A stretch of DNA of 63,882 nt, filler included, from Kipferlia bialata (taxonomy: Eukaryota): NCBI GenBank assembly GCA_003568945.1. It is 4 parts of 4 records of this genome, joined end to end, with 100 filler letters (N's around TTAATTAATTAA, not from the genome) between each part and the next. Parts side by side here need not be neighbours in the genome. Positions count along the whole stretch, not along the records: positions 1 to 17,662 come from BDIP01000520.1; positions 17,763 to 35,416 come from BDIP01000521.1; 2 more parts are not named here. One strand, given 5' to 3'. Of this stretch, positions 11,809 through 25,536 are shown in pieces. Under the pieces are notes generated by a model that saw only the letters and a list, made by a program, of their open reading frames with translations, was not told the DNA's origin and ran no database searches. A program made the translations under genes and the position numbers. How positions within the stretch are numbered: position 1 is the stretch's first letter; the number at the start of each line of letters is the position of its first letter.

Positions 11809-14800
11809 CTGTGTGGGTCTGGTGGGGGAGGCCCTGGGGGTCAGATACATACACTTAGACCTATCCATCTATCGATCTATCAATATGATTACTTATATGC
11901 GCTATGTCCTGTATCAGTTCAGAGTGATAATGCACAATACTACTGGATCCACAAGTACTCTCTCTCTCTCTCTCTCTCTCTAAAAATACAAGAAAAAAAT
12001 GTATCTATATATGGCTATGAATACCTGATGTGTGCCATGTCCCCTATCAGTTCACCAACATCCCTGGCATAGTCTGGGGGTGAGGGCCATAATATATACA
12101 AAAATATGTATATCCAGTGTGAAGTTATACGGATACACTCACCGGTCTCTGTCTCCCCTGGTAGCTGTATACATATACATATCCACCTATATATATATAC
12201 CTCATCCACATATATATATATACATCTCAATAATACATACACACACCTTCCTCTGCCTCCTGTCTCTCCTGGTGGCTGTGTACATATATATATATATACA
12301 TATATATACATATATCTATCTAACCTATATATATATATATATATCATACACACCTGTCTCTGCCTCCTGCCTCTCCTGGTGACTGTGTACATGCACATAT
12401 ATATACATATCCACCTATATATATATGAATCCAGGTACTAACATACATACATACCTGCCTCTGCCTCCTGCCTCTCCTGGTGACTGTGTGCCCTGGCCAG
12501 ACGGGTCGACACCTCCCTGGGGATTAACATGCATATATACAATTATTGATATATAAACATAAATGTATATACATATCTATATGTAATAAATTCCAACCAG
12601 ACCGACAGGCACCTCCCTGGGGATTAATATACATATAATATACATATATACAATACTAATGTAATATGGGTATATATATACAATACTAGATATTCAGATA
12701 TCTGGCCATGCGGGTGGATACCTCCCTGGATATTAATATGTATATACATATATATACATAAGACTATATGCATATATACCTTGCCATCCGTGCTGCCGCT
12801 CTCTGACTAACTTCAGATATACATCTTCAAACACAGACATTACTATTTTACTCCCACTATACTATTTAATATATAATAATGCATATATCTACCTTGCCAT
12901 CCGTGCTGCGTCTCTCTGACTGGCAGTCACAGACATTATAATTGCTATGATATTTCACATAGAGTCTATATACTGTATACTACTATTAGTATTACCTTGC
13001 CATCCTGGCTGCATCTCTCTGACTGGCGCCTGCAGTCACTCTCCTCTGCTGGATGTCTCTCTCTCTCTCTCTCTCTACACCCCTATTGCCAATGGTTGGT
13101 CTGGCTGATGCTGGTCTAGTCAGCCTCTGCCTCTGCCTCTCTCTCTCCCTCTGCACCCTTACTCTGGCTGTGCTCTCTCTCTCCCTCTCTCTCTCCCTCT
13201 CTGCCCCTCCTTGTCTGATTCTCTGCCTAGCGATAGCGGCACCTGGAGTTATATATATACTATACTAGTATATATTTACACATTGACATACACGCTAGCT
13301 CCCCCACCAGCTCTATCCCTCTCTCTATCTCTCTCTCTCCCAGCTCTCCCCCTCCCCCCCCCCTCTCTCTCCTATATACATATCACTGGTACAGCTATGT
13401 ATGTATCCCATACCTACCAGCTCCCCCACCAGCTCTCACTCTCTCTCTCTCTCATATATATATATATACATATCACTGGTATAGCTATAAATAATTATCA
13501 CACACCTGCCAGCTCCCCCACCAGCTCTCTCTCTCTTTCAATATATACGTATAGTCATATATATATATAAATATATATATGACTATACTATATATATGAC
13601 TACATATGACTATACTATACTACTATACTACTATACTACTATACTACTATACTATACTTACACATTGACATACCTGCCAGCTCCCCCACCAGCTCTCTCT
13701 CGAGACGCACCCTGGGTGGTGTCACGGGGGTCTTGCCCTGGGGGTAAGGATAACGATATATACATTCATATATATGTTTCTTATATGCATATGTCTATAT
13801 ATGCCTCTGGGGGAACCCAATAAATAAATATATATATATATATTTCTATATACACGTTTACATATATATGCATATATATATACAACCCTAGGGGGTGTCA
13901 CGGGGGTCTTGTCCTGATGGTAAGATGATAGCTATATATGAATACAATATATATATATATGTGTGTGTATATTAGTATAAGCTATACACCTCCGGGTGGT
14001 GTCACGGGGGTCTTGGCCTATGGGAAGGGTACATAGCATATATATATAAGTATATATATATATGTGATATTATATCTTATACTACTCTGGGTGGTGTCAC
14101 GGGGGTCTTGCCCTGGGGGGTAAGGGGATAACTATGAATATGACTGGGCTGGGAATGATAGCATATGATATATATAACGACTCATTCATAGAAAGTATAT
14201 ATATATAATATACTATACATACTATATATAGTATATACAGTATATATGTATAGTATGAAGTATATAGCACATATATATATATATATAGAATGAAGTATAT
14301 ATATATATGTATACACTACATACCTTCATGTTCCTGACTGGACTGAGGGATGGCTGATACAGTATATATAGTATCCTGTATGTATATATATATATATACA
14401 TACATACCTTCATGTTCCTGACTGGACTGACTGATGGCTGGATGGCAGCGCGGAGGCCAGACCTGGACCTATATGTTAACAAGTAGATATATACTATATA
14501 TATATATATATATACTGTATATATATACTATGTAGATATATGACAATATATACATCTGATGGCTGGACGGCAGCACGGAGGCCAGATCTGGACCTAGGGG
14601 TGAGGACATGTGTATATAAGAATAGTATACAGCAGTACTATACCTAGCAGTCACTGCAACTCACTCTCTCTCTATATACATACATACTATACACATACTA
14701 CATACAAATATACTATACCTAGCAGTCACTGCCACGTGTGTGTTGAGGTTGAACTCTGGCTGGTGCAGCACCCCTCTCTCTCTCCCTCTCCCCTTGGACC

Positions 14801-15050
14801 CAGCTGTCACAGGACGCCTGCCACCCCCTACCCTCCCTCTCTGCTGCTGTGACACAGGCCGCCTGCTGTACCTACGCGTGGTCACTACAGGTCGTGACTG
14901 GTCTCTTCTGGTCTCGGCTGGTCTTGAGGAGCCAGCTGTAGGTACGGATGGCTCTGCGAACCTCACGTTGCGTTGGCTAGGGGGACTAGGGGGTGTGATT
15001 GGGATGGAGGGGCTGGTAGAGGGGGACTGCGGTGAGGGAGAGAGAGACAT
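9885..15050 (-). CDS. Hypothetical low-complexity protein (Arg/Glu/Pro-rich, multi-exon)
   Basis: Minus-strand exons with canonical splice sites: MSLSPSPQ...HVAVTAR (15050-14720), REVSTRLARAHSHQERQEAEA, DYARDVGELIGDMAHIR, a long exon at about 11617-10752, RLERLRQIDQKCREVH, and a last exon ...ATETVGMQ* at 9885. The start codon is uncertain. Confidence 0.6.
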
Positions 15051-15309
15051 TGAGAGAGAGAGAGAGAGGGAGAGAGAGAGAGAGAGAGAGAGATTGAAAG
15101 GTGAAGATAGACTGAGAATGGGAATATGGGGATTTGGGTATACATATGCATATGCACTGAAGACAATCGGTCACCTCCAGAACAGTAGTACGGCATGTAT
15201 AGTACATATACAATCATCTATTATATACACACACACATATATATATATGTAGTACATAGTATGTATACTATACCTTACGGCATGTATAGTACATATATAT
15301 ACTATATGT

Positions 15310-15442
15310 ACAAACTATATAAACAAACTATATACAAACTATATACAAACTATATACAAACTATATACAAACTATATNNNNNNNNTATACAAACTATATA
15401 CAAACTATATACAAACTATATACAAACTATATACAAACTACT
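15310..15442. repeat. 11-bp tandem repeat (ATATACAAACT)n, interrupted by a small N gap
   Basis: Directly visible tandem units. Confidence 0.9.
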
Positions 15443-15759
15443 TATATACATACTATATGTACTATATATATACTATATATACTATAGTACTTAAATATAC
15501 TATATGTACTATACCTTGTTCATTGCACTGAGTGGGGGTGTCACAGAATATACAGAGAATATATATACGCATATCTAGTATATATGTGTATGGAGTATAT
15601 ATTACATAGTGTGCATACACTATACCTTGTGCAATGCACTGAGTGGGGGTGTCACAGAGTACATAGACTACATACATACATACATATATATATATTTATA
15701 TATATATATATACATCTGTATATGTCAATGATTCATATATATACATACATACACTATAC

Positions 15760-17366
15760 CTTGTGCAATGCACTGAGTGGGGGTGTCACCGAGTGGGAGT
15801 GGAAGTCGCCATAGCTGAGGTCAGGTATATTATATAATTAACACATATTATTAACGTATTAGTCCATTGGAGATATATGTAACAACGGTAAGGGAGTGTG
15901 GGAGTGGAAGTCACCATAGCTGACGGTGAGAGGGACTGACAGAGAAGTGGGGATACATATGTCAGCAAGAGACTGAAGAACAGAGAGAGAGAGTGGGAAA
16001 TGACATGATCCCAGGGCCAGTCCATCCAGCACTATAAGTATATATATACAATAATATATATATCTCTATATATACACACTAATTAGGTCATCTATATCTA
16101 TCTATATAAATATATACATCAATACCTCTTCTCCTGTGTCCCCAGGCCCAGTCCATCCACAGTGCTCTAGATACTACTATGCACACGGTATACATATAGA
16201 GTGTATATATCGAATACAAAAGTAGACTCATCTCCCTCACCCCTGTTCCTGTGTCCCCAGGCCCAGTCCATCAAGCACCTGGGCCACATCGCCACCACGC
16301 CTGGTGTTAGGTATGTATATATATTTATATGCATCAAACAATATACAATATATATATATATATATATAGGTATCTACTCTGACCTGGGCCACATCGCCAC
16401 CACGCCTGGGGTTAGACACACACACACATATATATATATAACACACTTCATATATATAGATAATACATATAATGAACTGCACATAGGTATATAACCTGGG
16501 CCACATCACCACCCCACCTGGTGTTAGACACATACACATATATACTTATGTATACATTGGTATACACAGGAATAAGGTCTCAAAGTCACGTTTTGATGTG
16601 TATAGTGACACTCGTCTAAGTCATGACATACAACTCATACACTACACACACGCACACACACACTCTCTATACATACATATATATATATACTCCATACCTT
16701 GCTGCCTCTAGGGCACGGGGGTGCAATACACTATACTAGACTATACATACATAATATGTATATACACGACTATATACCCGACTGAATAATACTATAATAT
16801 ATATAGATATGTATATATATATTATACCTTGCTGCCTCTAGGGCACGGGGGTGCACGCCAGGAAGGGCCTGATATCAGAGAGAGACATATATATGTATAT
16901 ATACACTAACAAAAATATATATACCTGCATTGGTGCCTTCTTGGCAGTGGGTGAGTGTCCACTACTCCTAGTCCCACCACTAACAGTGTCTCTGGATGGG
17001 GGTCTCCGGCTGTACATCCTGGTGTATAAGGCCTAGACACTTATATATATAGATTACGTATATATATACTAATACTAATATATATGAATATATATAGTAC
17101 ACCATGGGTGGGGGTCTCCGGCTGTACATCCTGGTGTTATATTCATATATATATATATATATGAATATAAGTATATAATATTCTACAGATGGGGGTCTCC
17201 GGCTGTACATCCTAATATTAGGACTAGACACTCATATGTATACACATGATACTATTCCATACTAAGATACCTGCTGCTGTTGGGACTAGACACAGCCCCA
17301 GGACTGGCACCCCCACTCCCCCTAGTCCCCTTGGTCCCTGCACCTGTGTTAAACACGGGCAGAATG

Positions 17367-17406
<40 letters not shown>

Positions 17407-17508
17407 CAGCTGTCAAGGAGTATATATATATATATAAATATAGTATATCAATAGATACCTGTGTTGAACACGGGCAGGGCCAGGTTGTCCTGTGTCTCAA
17501 GGGCAGGC
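15760..17508 (-). CDS. Hypothetical protein fragment (multi-exon, 5' end lost at contig break; may be the upstream part of the 9885-15050 gene)
   Basis: Exons PALETQDNLALPVFNT / GAGTKGTRGSGGASPGAVSSPNSSR / PYTRMYSRRPPSRDTVSGG...KAPMQ / ALPGVHPRALEAAR / RGGDVAQVLDGLGLGTQEQG / YGDFHSHSVTPPLSALHK, with compatible phases. Confidence 0.55.
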
Positions 17509-17519
17509 CTGAGAGTAAG

Positions 17520-17559
<40 letters not shown>

Positions 17560-17622
17560 GGCCAGGTTGTCCTGGGTCTCAAGGGTAGATGGTCTGTGGG
17601 TAAGAGAGGGAGGTGTGTGTGT

Positions 17623-17660
<38 letters not shown>

Positions 17661-17662
17661 GG

Positions 17663-17762
17663 NNNNNNNNNNNNNNNNNNNNNNNNNNNNNNNNNNNNNN
17701 NNNNNNTTAATTAATTAANNNNNNNNNNNNNNNNNNNNNNNNNNNNNNNNNNNNNNNNNNNN
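17663..17762. other. Artificial contig linker N44-TTAATTAATTAA-N44
   Basis: Identical 100-nt spacer also at 35417 and 53112. It has stops in all six frames. Confidence 0.95.
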
Positions 17763-17811
<49 letters not shown>

Positions 17812-17816
<5 letters not shown>

Positions 17817-17867
17817 AAGGACAGGGCAGGAGCACGTGCACAGGGCTGGGCGGTACGTATATATATG

Positions 17868-17910
<43 letters not shown>

Positions 17911-18931
17911 CCAAGGACAGGGGAGGAGCACGTGCACAGAGCTGGACGGTGAGTCTGTCCATATATATATATGAGTTTGTGTATAATTATTGTATTCAGA
18001 CTATGTTTGTACCGGCGGTGTCAGTACATATTTATAAATATATATATATGTGTGTGTAGCTGTCTACTCTATATCTATCTCACCCCAGTACTGCCCGTAA
18101 GGGTATGTCCGGTGTGGATGTCATGCTGGTGTCAGTATATATATATATACTATATGTATTATTCTATATATGCTACTATTATTGTATATGCTAATGTCAG
18201 CACTGCTCGTAAGGGCATGTCCGGCGTGGATGTCATGCTTGTGTCAGTATATATATACAAGTATATATACTAAACATATGTAATATATATATGTACTATT
18301 GTTCATTCTAACCAACAGTACTGCCCGTAAGGGCATGTCCGGCGTGGATGTCATGCTTGTGTCTGAGAGTGACAGGACCAACGCAAAGAGGATCCTCAAG
18401 GTATAGGATAGCGTATATACTGTAACCCCTATGATAATGTACTATATATCATATATACACATATCTCCCTAACCCCCTCAGGAGGTCAAGGGCGATGTGA
18501 CCATGCTTTCATATATATGTATATATATATGGTACATATCTGTGTGTGTATACGTGATATATATACTTCCTCTAATGTTTAGGAGGTCAAGGGCGATGTA
18601 ACCATGCGCACCATCCCAGACACAGTCATCGAGGACATCAAGGGCAAGGTGTCCAGTGTCAGAGGTATGATAGTGTATGTATACATATTACGCATACTTA
18701 CTGATGTATACTTTGGTTGACTCATTCTTTTGCTGTTATCTTGGCCAGACCCAGGCATATCAGTCTCTCTCTCTCTCTCATTCTCCCTCTCTCTCCCTCC
18801 CCTCTAGCCCCTTATATCCAGCTGTCGTCATCGCCAGACTGAGGCATATCATTCTCTCTCTCCCTCTCTCTCTCTCTCACTCCCTCTACACCCTTATATC
18901 CAGCTGTTGTCATGGCCAGACTGAGGCATAT

Positions 18932-18983
<52 letters not shown>

Positions 18984-19596
18984 CTCTAGCCCCTTATATC
19001 CAGCTGTTGTCATGGCCAGACTGAGGCATATGTTTATTCTCTCCCTCTCTCTCCCCCTCTACACCCTTATATCCAGCTGTTGTCATGGCCAGACTGAGGC
19101 ATGAGAAGATTGACGCTGAGATGGAGAGGACAGAGGCCGCTATCTCCAGGGCACAGACCATTGCCGATCACAAGGTATATATATGCTACTATTCCAATGG
19201 AGTTTAGTGTCACATTTTAATGAATATTTCCATATTCTAATGCCCCAGGAGGAGATCTTCTCCCGGCCCAAGAGGACATGGTTCCAGAGCGAGTCTGAGA
19301 AGTGAGTCTCTCTCTCTCTCTTTCTATTCATATATATATGTGTTGTTATATCTCGACACAGAAGTGAGTGGTTTGTGTGCATATTACTCTTGACCTGTCC
19401 CGTGCCATTCTTTCTCTCTCTCTCTCTCTCTCTCTCTCAATATATATGTATCCATATATACATACTAACCATAGGAACTCTCTCAAGGACCTCTCCCGTG
19501 CCATTGTATATACATGTATACACGTGTATTATATTCTTATACATGAATGTTATGTCCCTCTTATATCAGGAACTCCCTCAAGGACCTCTCCCGTGC

Positions 19597-19643
<47 letters not shown>

Positions 19644-19687
19644 CTAAACCTAGGAACTCCCTCAAGGACCTGTCCCGTGCCATTATG

Positions 19688-19730
<43 letters not shown>

Positions 19731-19769
19731 ACCTTAGGAACTCCCTCAAGGACCTCTCCCGTGCCATTG

Positions 19770-19806
<37 letters not shown>

Positions 19807-19829
19807 CCATATATATATTCTAACNNNNN

Positions 19830-19861
<32 letters not shown>

Positions 19862-21560
19862 CCATATATATATTCTAACCTCAGGAACTCTCTCAAGGAC
19901 CTGTCCCGTGCCATTGTGTCTCCCTCTCTCTCTCTCTCTCTCTCTCCTCTTACCTTAGGAACTCCCTGAAGGACCTGTCCCGTGCCATTGAATATTCATT
20001 TATGTTAATATTTATATATATATTCATATACATATATATACTAATGTCCAGGAACTCCCTCAAGGACATGTCCCGTGCCATTGTATAAATATAGCAGTGA
20101 TTATATAGTATATATTCTTATACTCAGGAACTCCCTGAAGGACCTGTCCCGTGCCATTGTCTCTGGTAGGCTGACTGAGGACACAGCCGACAAGAAGAGG
20201 AGTGAGATGCAGGAGCCTGGTGCCAAGAGGAAGGTATGCATCTGTATAAGTATGGAATGTACTATATACTTTATAGTTATATACTGTGTAGGAGACACGA
20301 TATGCAGGAGCCTGGTGCCAAGAGGAAGGTGTGTATAAGAATAGTTTATATGTATATGTGTGAATTTAGAATATTGGACACACTATACTCACTACTCACC
20401 CCCAGGGACTCAAGAAGGGCTCCAAGCATACTCTCTCTCTCTCTCGCTCTATATATATAGATATATGTATTTGTATATATATATATATATATATTTGTAT
20501 ATATATATGTATATATCTATACTCACCCCCAGGGTCTCAAGAAGGGCTCCAAGCGCATGACTGAGGGCGAGAAGGCTGTGGCCTGGGCTAAGAGAGAGGT
20601 AAGGGGTACATGTAGACCCTGCTACCATCTCTGTCTATCTCTACACCCTTTCTCTCTCCCTCTACACCCTTATCCCAGAGCAGGAGAGGCAAGAGAGAGC
20701 TGGACCACATGGCATCCATCGGAGAGGCACTCCCCAGCGGTGAGTTATACATGTATATATATATATATATATAGATGGATAACCTCTTACCCTATCCCAG
20801 TGTGCAACTCTCTCTCTCCCTCTCTCTCCCTCTCTCTTACCCCAGCCCAGTATGCCACTCTGTCCAAGGAGACCAAGAAGGCAAAGAAGGTATAGAAGAG
20901 ATAGTGTATATATATATATATACCTATGGATATATGGTAGTATAAGTATAGATATATATCATCCTGTGTCTATATATACTATATATATATATTTCTGTAT
21001 ATATATAACATCCCATATGCATATACATATGCATATATGTGTATCTATATAGGCAGTTAATGTTTCAAATCATATCATGTGGCAAGCCCAAGAAGGAGAA
21101 GACAGAGAAGCAGGTATAGACACCTCAATATTGCAATATGTAATACTATGAGTAAATGTATAATATATATATCCCTCACCCCCCAGCTCCTCCGGGATGC
21201 CGTCAGGGACAGGCTCAAGAAGAACTCCCAGAAGGCCAGGTGTGTATGTATAGATAGAGAGAGAGATGAATATGAGTATATATGTACTTATCTGTCTATA
21301 TACAAATGGACAAGGCTCAAGAAGAACTCACAGAAGGCCAGGTATTGTATCTATCTATCTATATATATATATATATATATTGAGAGAGAGAGAGAGAGAG
21401 AAAGAAAGAACTCACAGAAGACCAGGTAGTGTGTATTTGTATATATATATACACATCTCTCTATGTTTGAGTATGTGTCCCTGTCTCTCCCTTACCCTTA
21501 CCCCTTAGGAAGGGCACTGGTACTTTCAAGTCCTCTGCCAGATACAAGAGGAGGAGCTAA
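17812..21560 (+). CDS. DDX27: DEAD-box RNA helicase DDX27/Drs1, C-terminal part (5' truncated)
   Basis: The spliced translation has motif VI EHVHRAGRTARKGMSG, then ADHKEEIFSRPKRTWFQSE, and the basic tail FKSSARYKRRS*, which are hallmarks of DDX27/Drs1. Confidence 0.88.
19302..20127 (+). repeat. Intron holding 7 full and 1 partial copies of AG plus the first ~30 nt of the downstream exon
   Basis: AG|GAACTCYCTSAAGGACMTSTCCCGTGCCATT at about 19475, 19570, 19654, 19738, 19885, 19959 and 20052. The true exon starts at 20128. Confidence 0.95.
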
Positions 21561-22007
21561 GTCTCCTACATTGGCTAGAGAAAGAGGAGAGCGTTGGGGC
21601 TATCTTTTGTGGGTTTCTTGTTGGATTCGTTTGTTGTTGTTCTTGTTTCGTACTCTTGTCTCAGAGTCGGTTAGTGTTTACTTATGTTTTAATAGGAGCG
21701 TTATAAATACCGAGAGGTATACTGAAGTGTATCTGATTAATGGAGTTGGTCATATCCATATGACTTATATGCAGTGAAGGTTCGGAGTCATACTCTTATA
21801 GCATATGTATTGACTGTAAGACTGTCAAGCTTCTGGCACTTACTGTGTCATTAACGATATCTTTAGAAGTTCAGAGTCAAATTTTGTATCTCCATGTGTG
21901 GGACTGAATATCCCAATTTTCTATCCTTATACACACTTGTATTCTGTTTCAACATCTTTCTCTCTATTCCTCCCCGACCTTTCTTCTCGCTTCCTTCTTC
22001 TCCCACC

Positions 22008-22913
22008 TCACTCTGGAGTTACCACCTCCCCAGGTGGGATGATTCCCCACCTCAGGTCAGGGTGGGGGTACACCAGTGCAGGGTCTATGAAGTGGAGCAT
22101 CTGTGGGTATCTAGACAACACAGCTAGTGAGGGTGTAAACACACCACAATAGGCATCGACGTCAGTCTCCTCAAACTGTGTGACCTCGCCAGATATGGTG
22201 TCATATGCTTGCCATTGATTGCAAACACGCTCTCTGTCTGGCACATACTGTGTACAAATGACAACGTAGTGACCCAGAGTGATCACTGTGTGGTCGATTG
22301 AAGTATATGGAAGCACTGCTAAGTCACATAAGGTCTGCCAACCTGCAGCCACAGAGTATGACGCCAGACGGTAGGGGTAGGCTGTAATGCCATAGACCCT
22401 GTCTCCAACGACAGGAAAACACTGGATTAATAGTATGCTGGGAGTCAGTATCTCTAGCGACATCCAGCGAGGCTCTGATCCCGTAAACCCAAGCATGTAT
22501 GTCTGGTAACAGTCGGAATCTGTTTCACCACTGTTTGTGTCAACTACCATGTAGAGGATATCATCCATGGTGAATGGCTCACATACACTCAGACATAACA
22601 TCTCAAATGGGAGTGGAAAGTGAATTGGAGTGGGTCTTAGTGTGTCTAGAGCTGCTGTCGTGATACTATATGTACCCAAGATATGCAGTGCTCTGTGGCC
22701 GTGTACTAGTTTCACAACAGGACCTGTATGTCCAGTGACGATACTCTGTGCATGCTTGATTGTCCCATTGGCACATACAGTGTGTAGTTCTATGGTACCG
22801 GAGACTGCGTGGATACTGGCAAGAGTGTTAGCCCCTGCATAGCAGGAGCGTCCACGATACCCTCCGTCAACAGCCACATGCTCCACAAAGAGAGAGGTAG
22901 AGTGGCGTTGCAT
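22008..22913 (-). CDS. Intronless 301-aa protein, possibly a divergent kelch/beta-propeller
   Basis: Long non-repetitive ORF with beta-strand-rich blades (VVGDRVYGI, TLGHYVVI, WQAYDTISGEV). It shares the AYDTISG motif with the 33699 gene. Confidence 0.65.
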   Translation of the reverse strand: MQRHSTSLFVEHVAVDGGYRGRSCYAGANTLASIHAVSGTIELHTVCANGTIKHAQSIVTGHTGPVVKLVHGHRALHILGTYSITTAALDTLRPTPIHFPLPFEMLCLSVCEPFTMDDILYMVVDTNSGETDSDCYQTYMLGFTGSEPRWMSLEILTPSILLIQCFPVVGDRVYGITAYPYRLASYSVAAGWQTLCDLAVLPYTSIDHTVITLGHYVVICTQYVPDRERVCNQWQAYDTISGEVTQFEETDVDAYCGVFTPSLAVLSRYPQMLHFIDPALVYPHPDLRWGIIPPGEVVTPE

Positions 22914-23611
22914 CCACCTTCTTGAACGCTAGACACAGTCAGGTTGTAATAGAGTATCAAGAACACCTAGTAGATCTGGAAGAATGTGAAGTGGTTTGTG
23001 GAGAATGGTAGAGAGAGAGAGATCAGGTATCTATACTGCTGTTGCCACCATCTCTCTCTATTACTGTGCAGTGCTCTAGACACTCATTACTGTAGAGACT
23101 CTACAGTGTAGAGTCAACAGTCAACAGAGTGTTAAGTCAACAGTCAGTGGGTGAGGCGAAGTTACTTAGGTAGATCATATTGAGATACGTGTTGATACAA
23201 TAAGCATACACATAGCAAGCACTAAGAAGATGAGTAAATGGAAGTGGAAGCTCAAACTCAGATGTCAGTCGAATGTCACAGACTTGTCCCTCCCAGTCTC
23301 ACTTTCACTGTCATCAGCGTAACTGCCCTCCACTTTCTGCGCTCCTCTCTTCTATAAAGGTCTTTGCCGCCTCTTTGTTCTAAGAGAATAGTCTGAGTAT
23401 CGTAAGTAATCATCAGACGGAGAGACAGCCGATATCATCGACAGTAGAGTGATACTATTTGCTGAGTCTCCAGCGATGTGCCCCAGATGAATGAAACAAA
23501 TTCATATATTGTGTACGGTCATCTCAACCTCTCTCTTTCCCTTCTACTCGAAGGCCAGCATATCCCTCATCAAAGTCTCTCTCCCTGTCCTTCTTTCTCT
23601 CTCTCCCTTAG

Positions 23612-25505
23612 TCAATGTCCATTATCTCCCTCTCTCTCTCTCTGTCTCTCTCTGTCTCCTCCTCAATCCCTAGCATCTGCTTCATCATTCTTGTGTACAC
23701 CTCCACTATGTTCTCGTACTGACCCTCGTCGTTCAGCACGAGGTCATTCCTACTGATTAAGTCAAGAGAAGTCAAATAGAGAGGTCAAGTCAAGAGAAGT
23801 CACGACAAATCGTTCAGCACAATGTCATCACTGCCTGTCAGCTTGTTCTACTACTTACTCAGATATTCGTGCTTCTAAGAGATATACATTACAGTTACTA
23901 GAACTGCATCATTCCCATGTCTATGAGTATGTGGTGAATTACCACTGGTAATGTGAGGAATAATTGTATTAGTATTGTAAATATAATTCAGTGTCGTCAG
24001 TACACGTAGTCATCAGGCAAGTCAGGGACTCTATCAATATGTGAATTATTGTATCGAAAGGAGTATAAACACGTACTCTTCATCAGGCAGGTCAGGGACG
24101 GACCTCACCCTTCCTGTGCGGTTGTCATAGCCCTCAGACCTAGTGTATAAGAGAGAGAACAGATATATAGATAGTGTATATATATACAATGAATACTACA
24201 AGTTGTAGTCTACAACCCATTCTCTATCTAGTATAGTATGTACATATTTATCCCTTCCTGTGCGGTTGTCATAGCCCTCAGACCTAGTGTCAGATAATAT
24301 ACAGTGTATAGTATACACACATATATATGTAGTATATATAGTATATACTAATATATATACACATTCATCTATGTTACTGAGAGTGAACAGTCTATAGACA
24401 TATCCCTTCCTGTGCGGTTGCCATAGCCCTCAGACCTGTATATAAGAGAGAGAACAGATATTTCATATAGTATACATATCATATGTATATTACATATGTA
24501 CAGTACTGTGAATACTACAACACATATGGCGGCCCGCCATTGGCGGGGGGGAGAGTCACTAATTGCAGATTCACACTGCAATCAAACAGTCAACAAGTAT
24601 GTGGCGTACAGTTCTGGTAAGGCGTATCAAACGAATATTAGGATGTCTGTAGCGTCTTACACGTACAGCTCTAGTAGGTACTGTGTGACGTTTGGAACGG
24701 TGTCTGGGGGTAGGACCAGCTTGTTGTCTCCCGTCCCAGTCACATAGGGCTGGTGTCAGTACATTGTACTACTCTGTGATGATATACACCATATACTACA
24801 CACAGTTCACAATATACACATTTCAGTACCTGTGCAGTCATTGTGTGCATCACCTCGGCACTATGTACTATATATACTAATCATTGTATACAATATAGAC
24901 ACTAGTATAGTATAATACAGTATAGTATATTTAAGTACTAGTGAATAGAGTGTATATTATAGAGGTATCTTTACCTGCGCTGTCATTGAGTGCATCATCC
25001 TCTGCAGCACGGTACGGTTAAGGTAATCGAACCCACGGCCGTCGTCTGCAGTTAACAGAATTGATAAAACAAATTACGTCAAAGAATGATGTGTGCAAAA
25101 ACAATTGACTACCAACACGATACCAAATTAGAGAACAATTGACGCATACTACTTAATCAATAGTCTATTGATAGTGACCTACATAGGGAGAGGATTCGTG
25201 AAGTGTGTAGTACGAGAGGTTTCCATGTACAGTGCACGTCTATGCCCTCTTCTATGGTATTGGTAGTATCGATGGTACATGCAAGTTCACACATGCGTAT
25301 ATGTCTATTGAGGTTTAGGTTCCTTCTGGTGCAGACATATCACAATATGTTTTAATACATTATATGATTCATATACTATATATACCATATTCTGTATATG
25401 GCATATACACATATAACCCTGCATATTGTACTATGTCAATATGGGTATAGGTACCTTCTCTCTCCTGACATGCTCACCCATTTACTAATGAATGTATATA
25501 CCAAA

Positions 25506-25536
<31 letters not shown>

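Noticed and set aside
17707..17718. TTAATTAATTAA motif seen three times
   Set aside because: It is always centred in a 100-nt N spacer, so it is an artificial six-frame-stop linker and not a piggyBac target or regulatory site.
17508..17812. Apparent divergent gene pairs at each linker (also 35254/35734 and 52873/53264)
   Set aside because: Adjacency across the linkers is not demonstrated. Contig breaks at intronic G/C or GA runs would produce this orientation bias.
19392..20160. CRISPR-like array (~30-nt direct repeats with variable spacers)
   Set aside because: The repeats are copies of a DDX27 exon start, the spacers are microsatellite-rich and unequal in length, the context is eukaryotic, and no cas genes are present.
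21558..21560. Possible TAA/TAG-to-Gln code as in hexamitid diplomonads
   Set aside because: Conserved genes end at TAA exactly where homologs end (DDX27, SYP7), and the reconstructed exons have no in-frame TAA or TAG.
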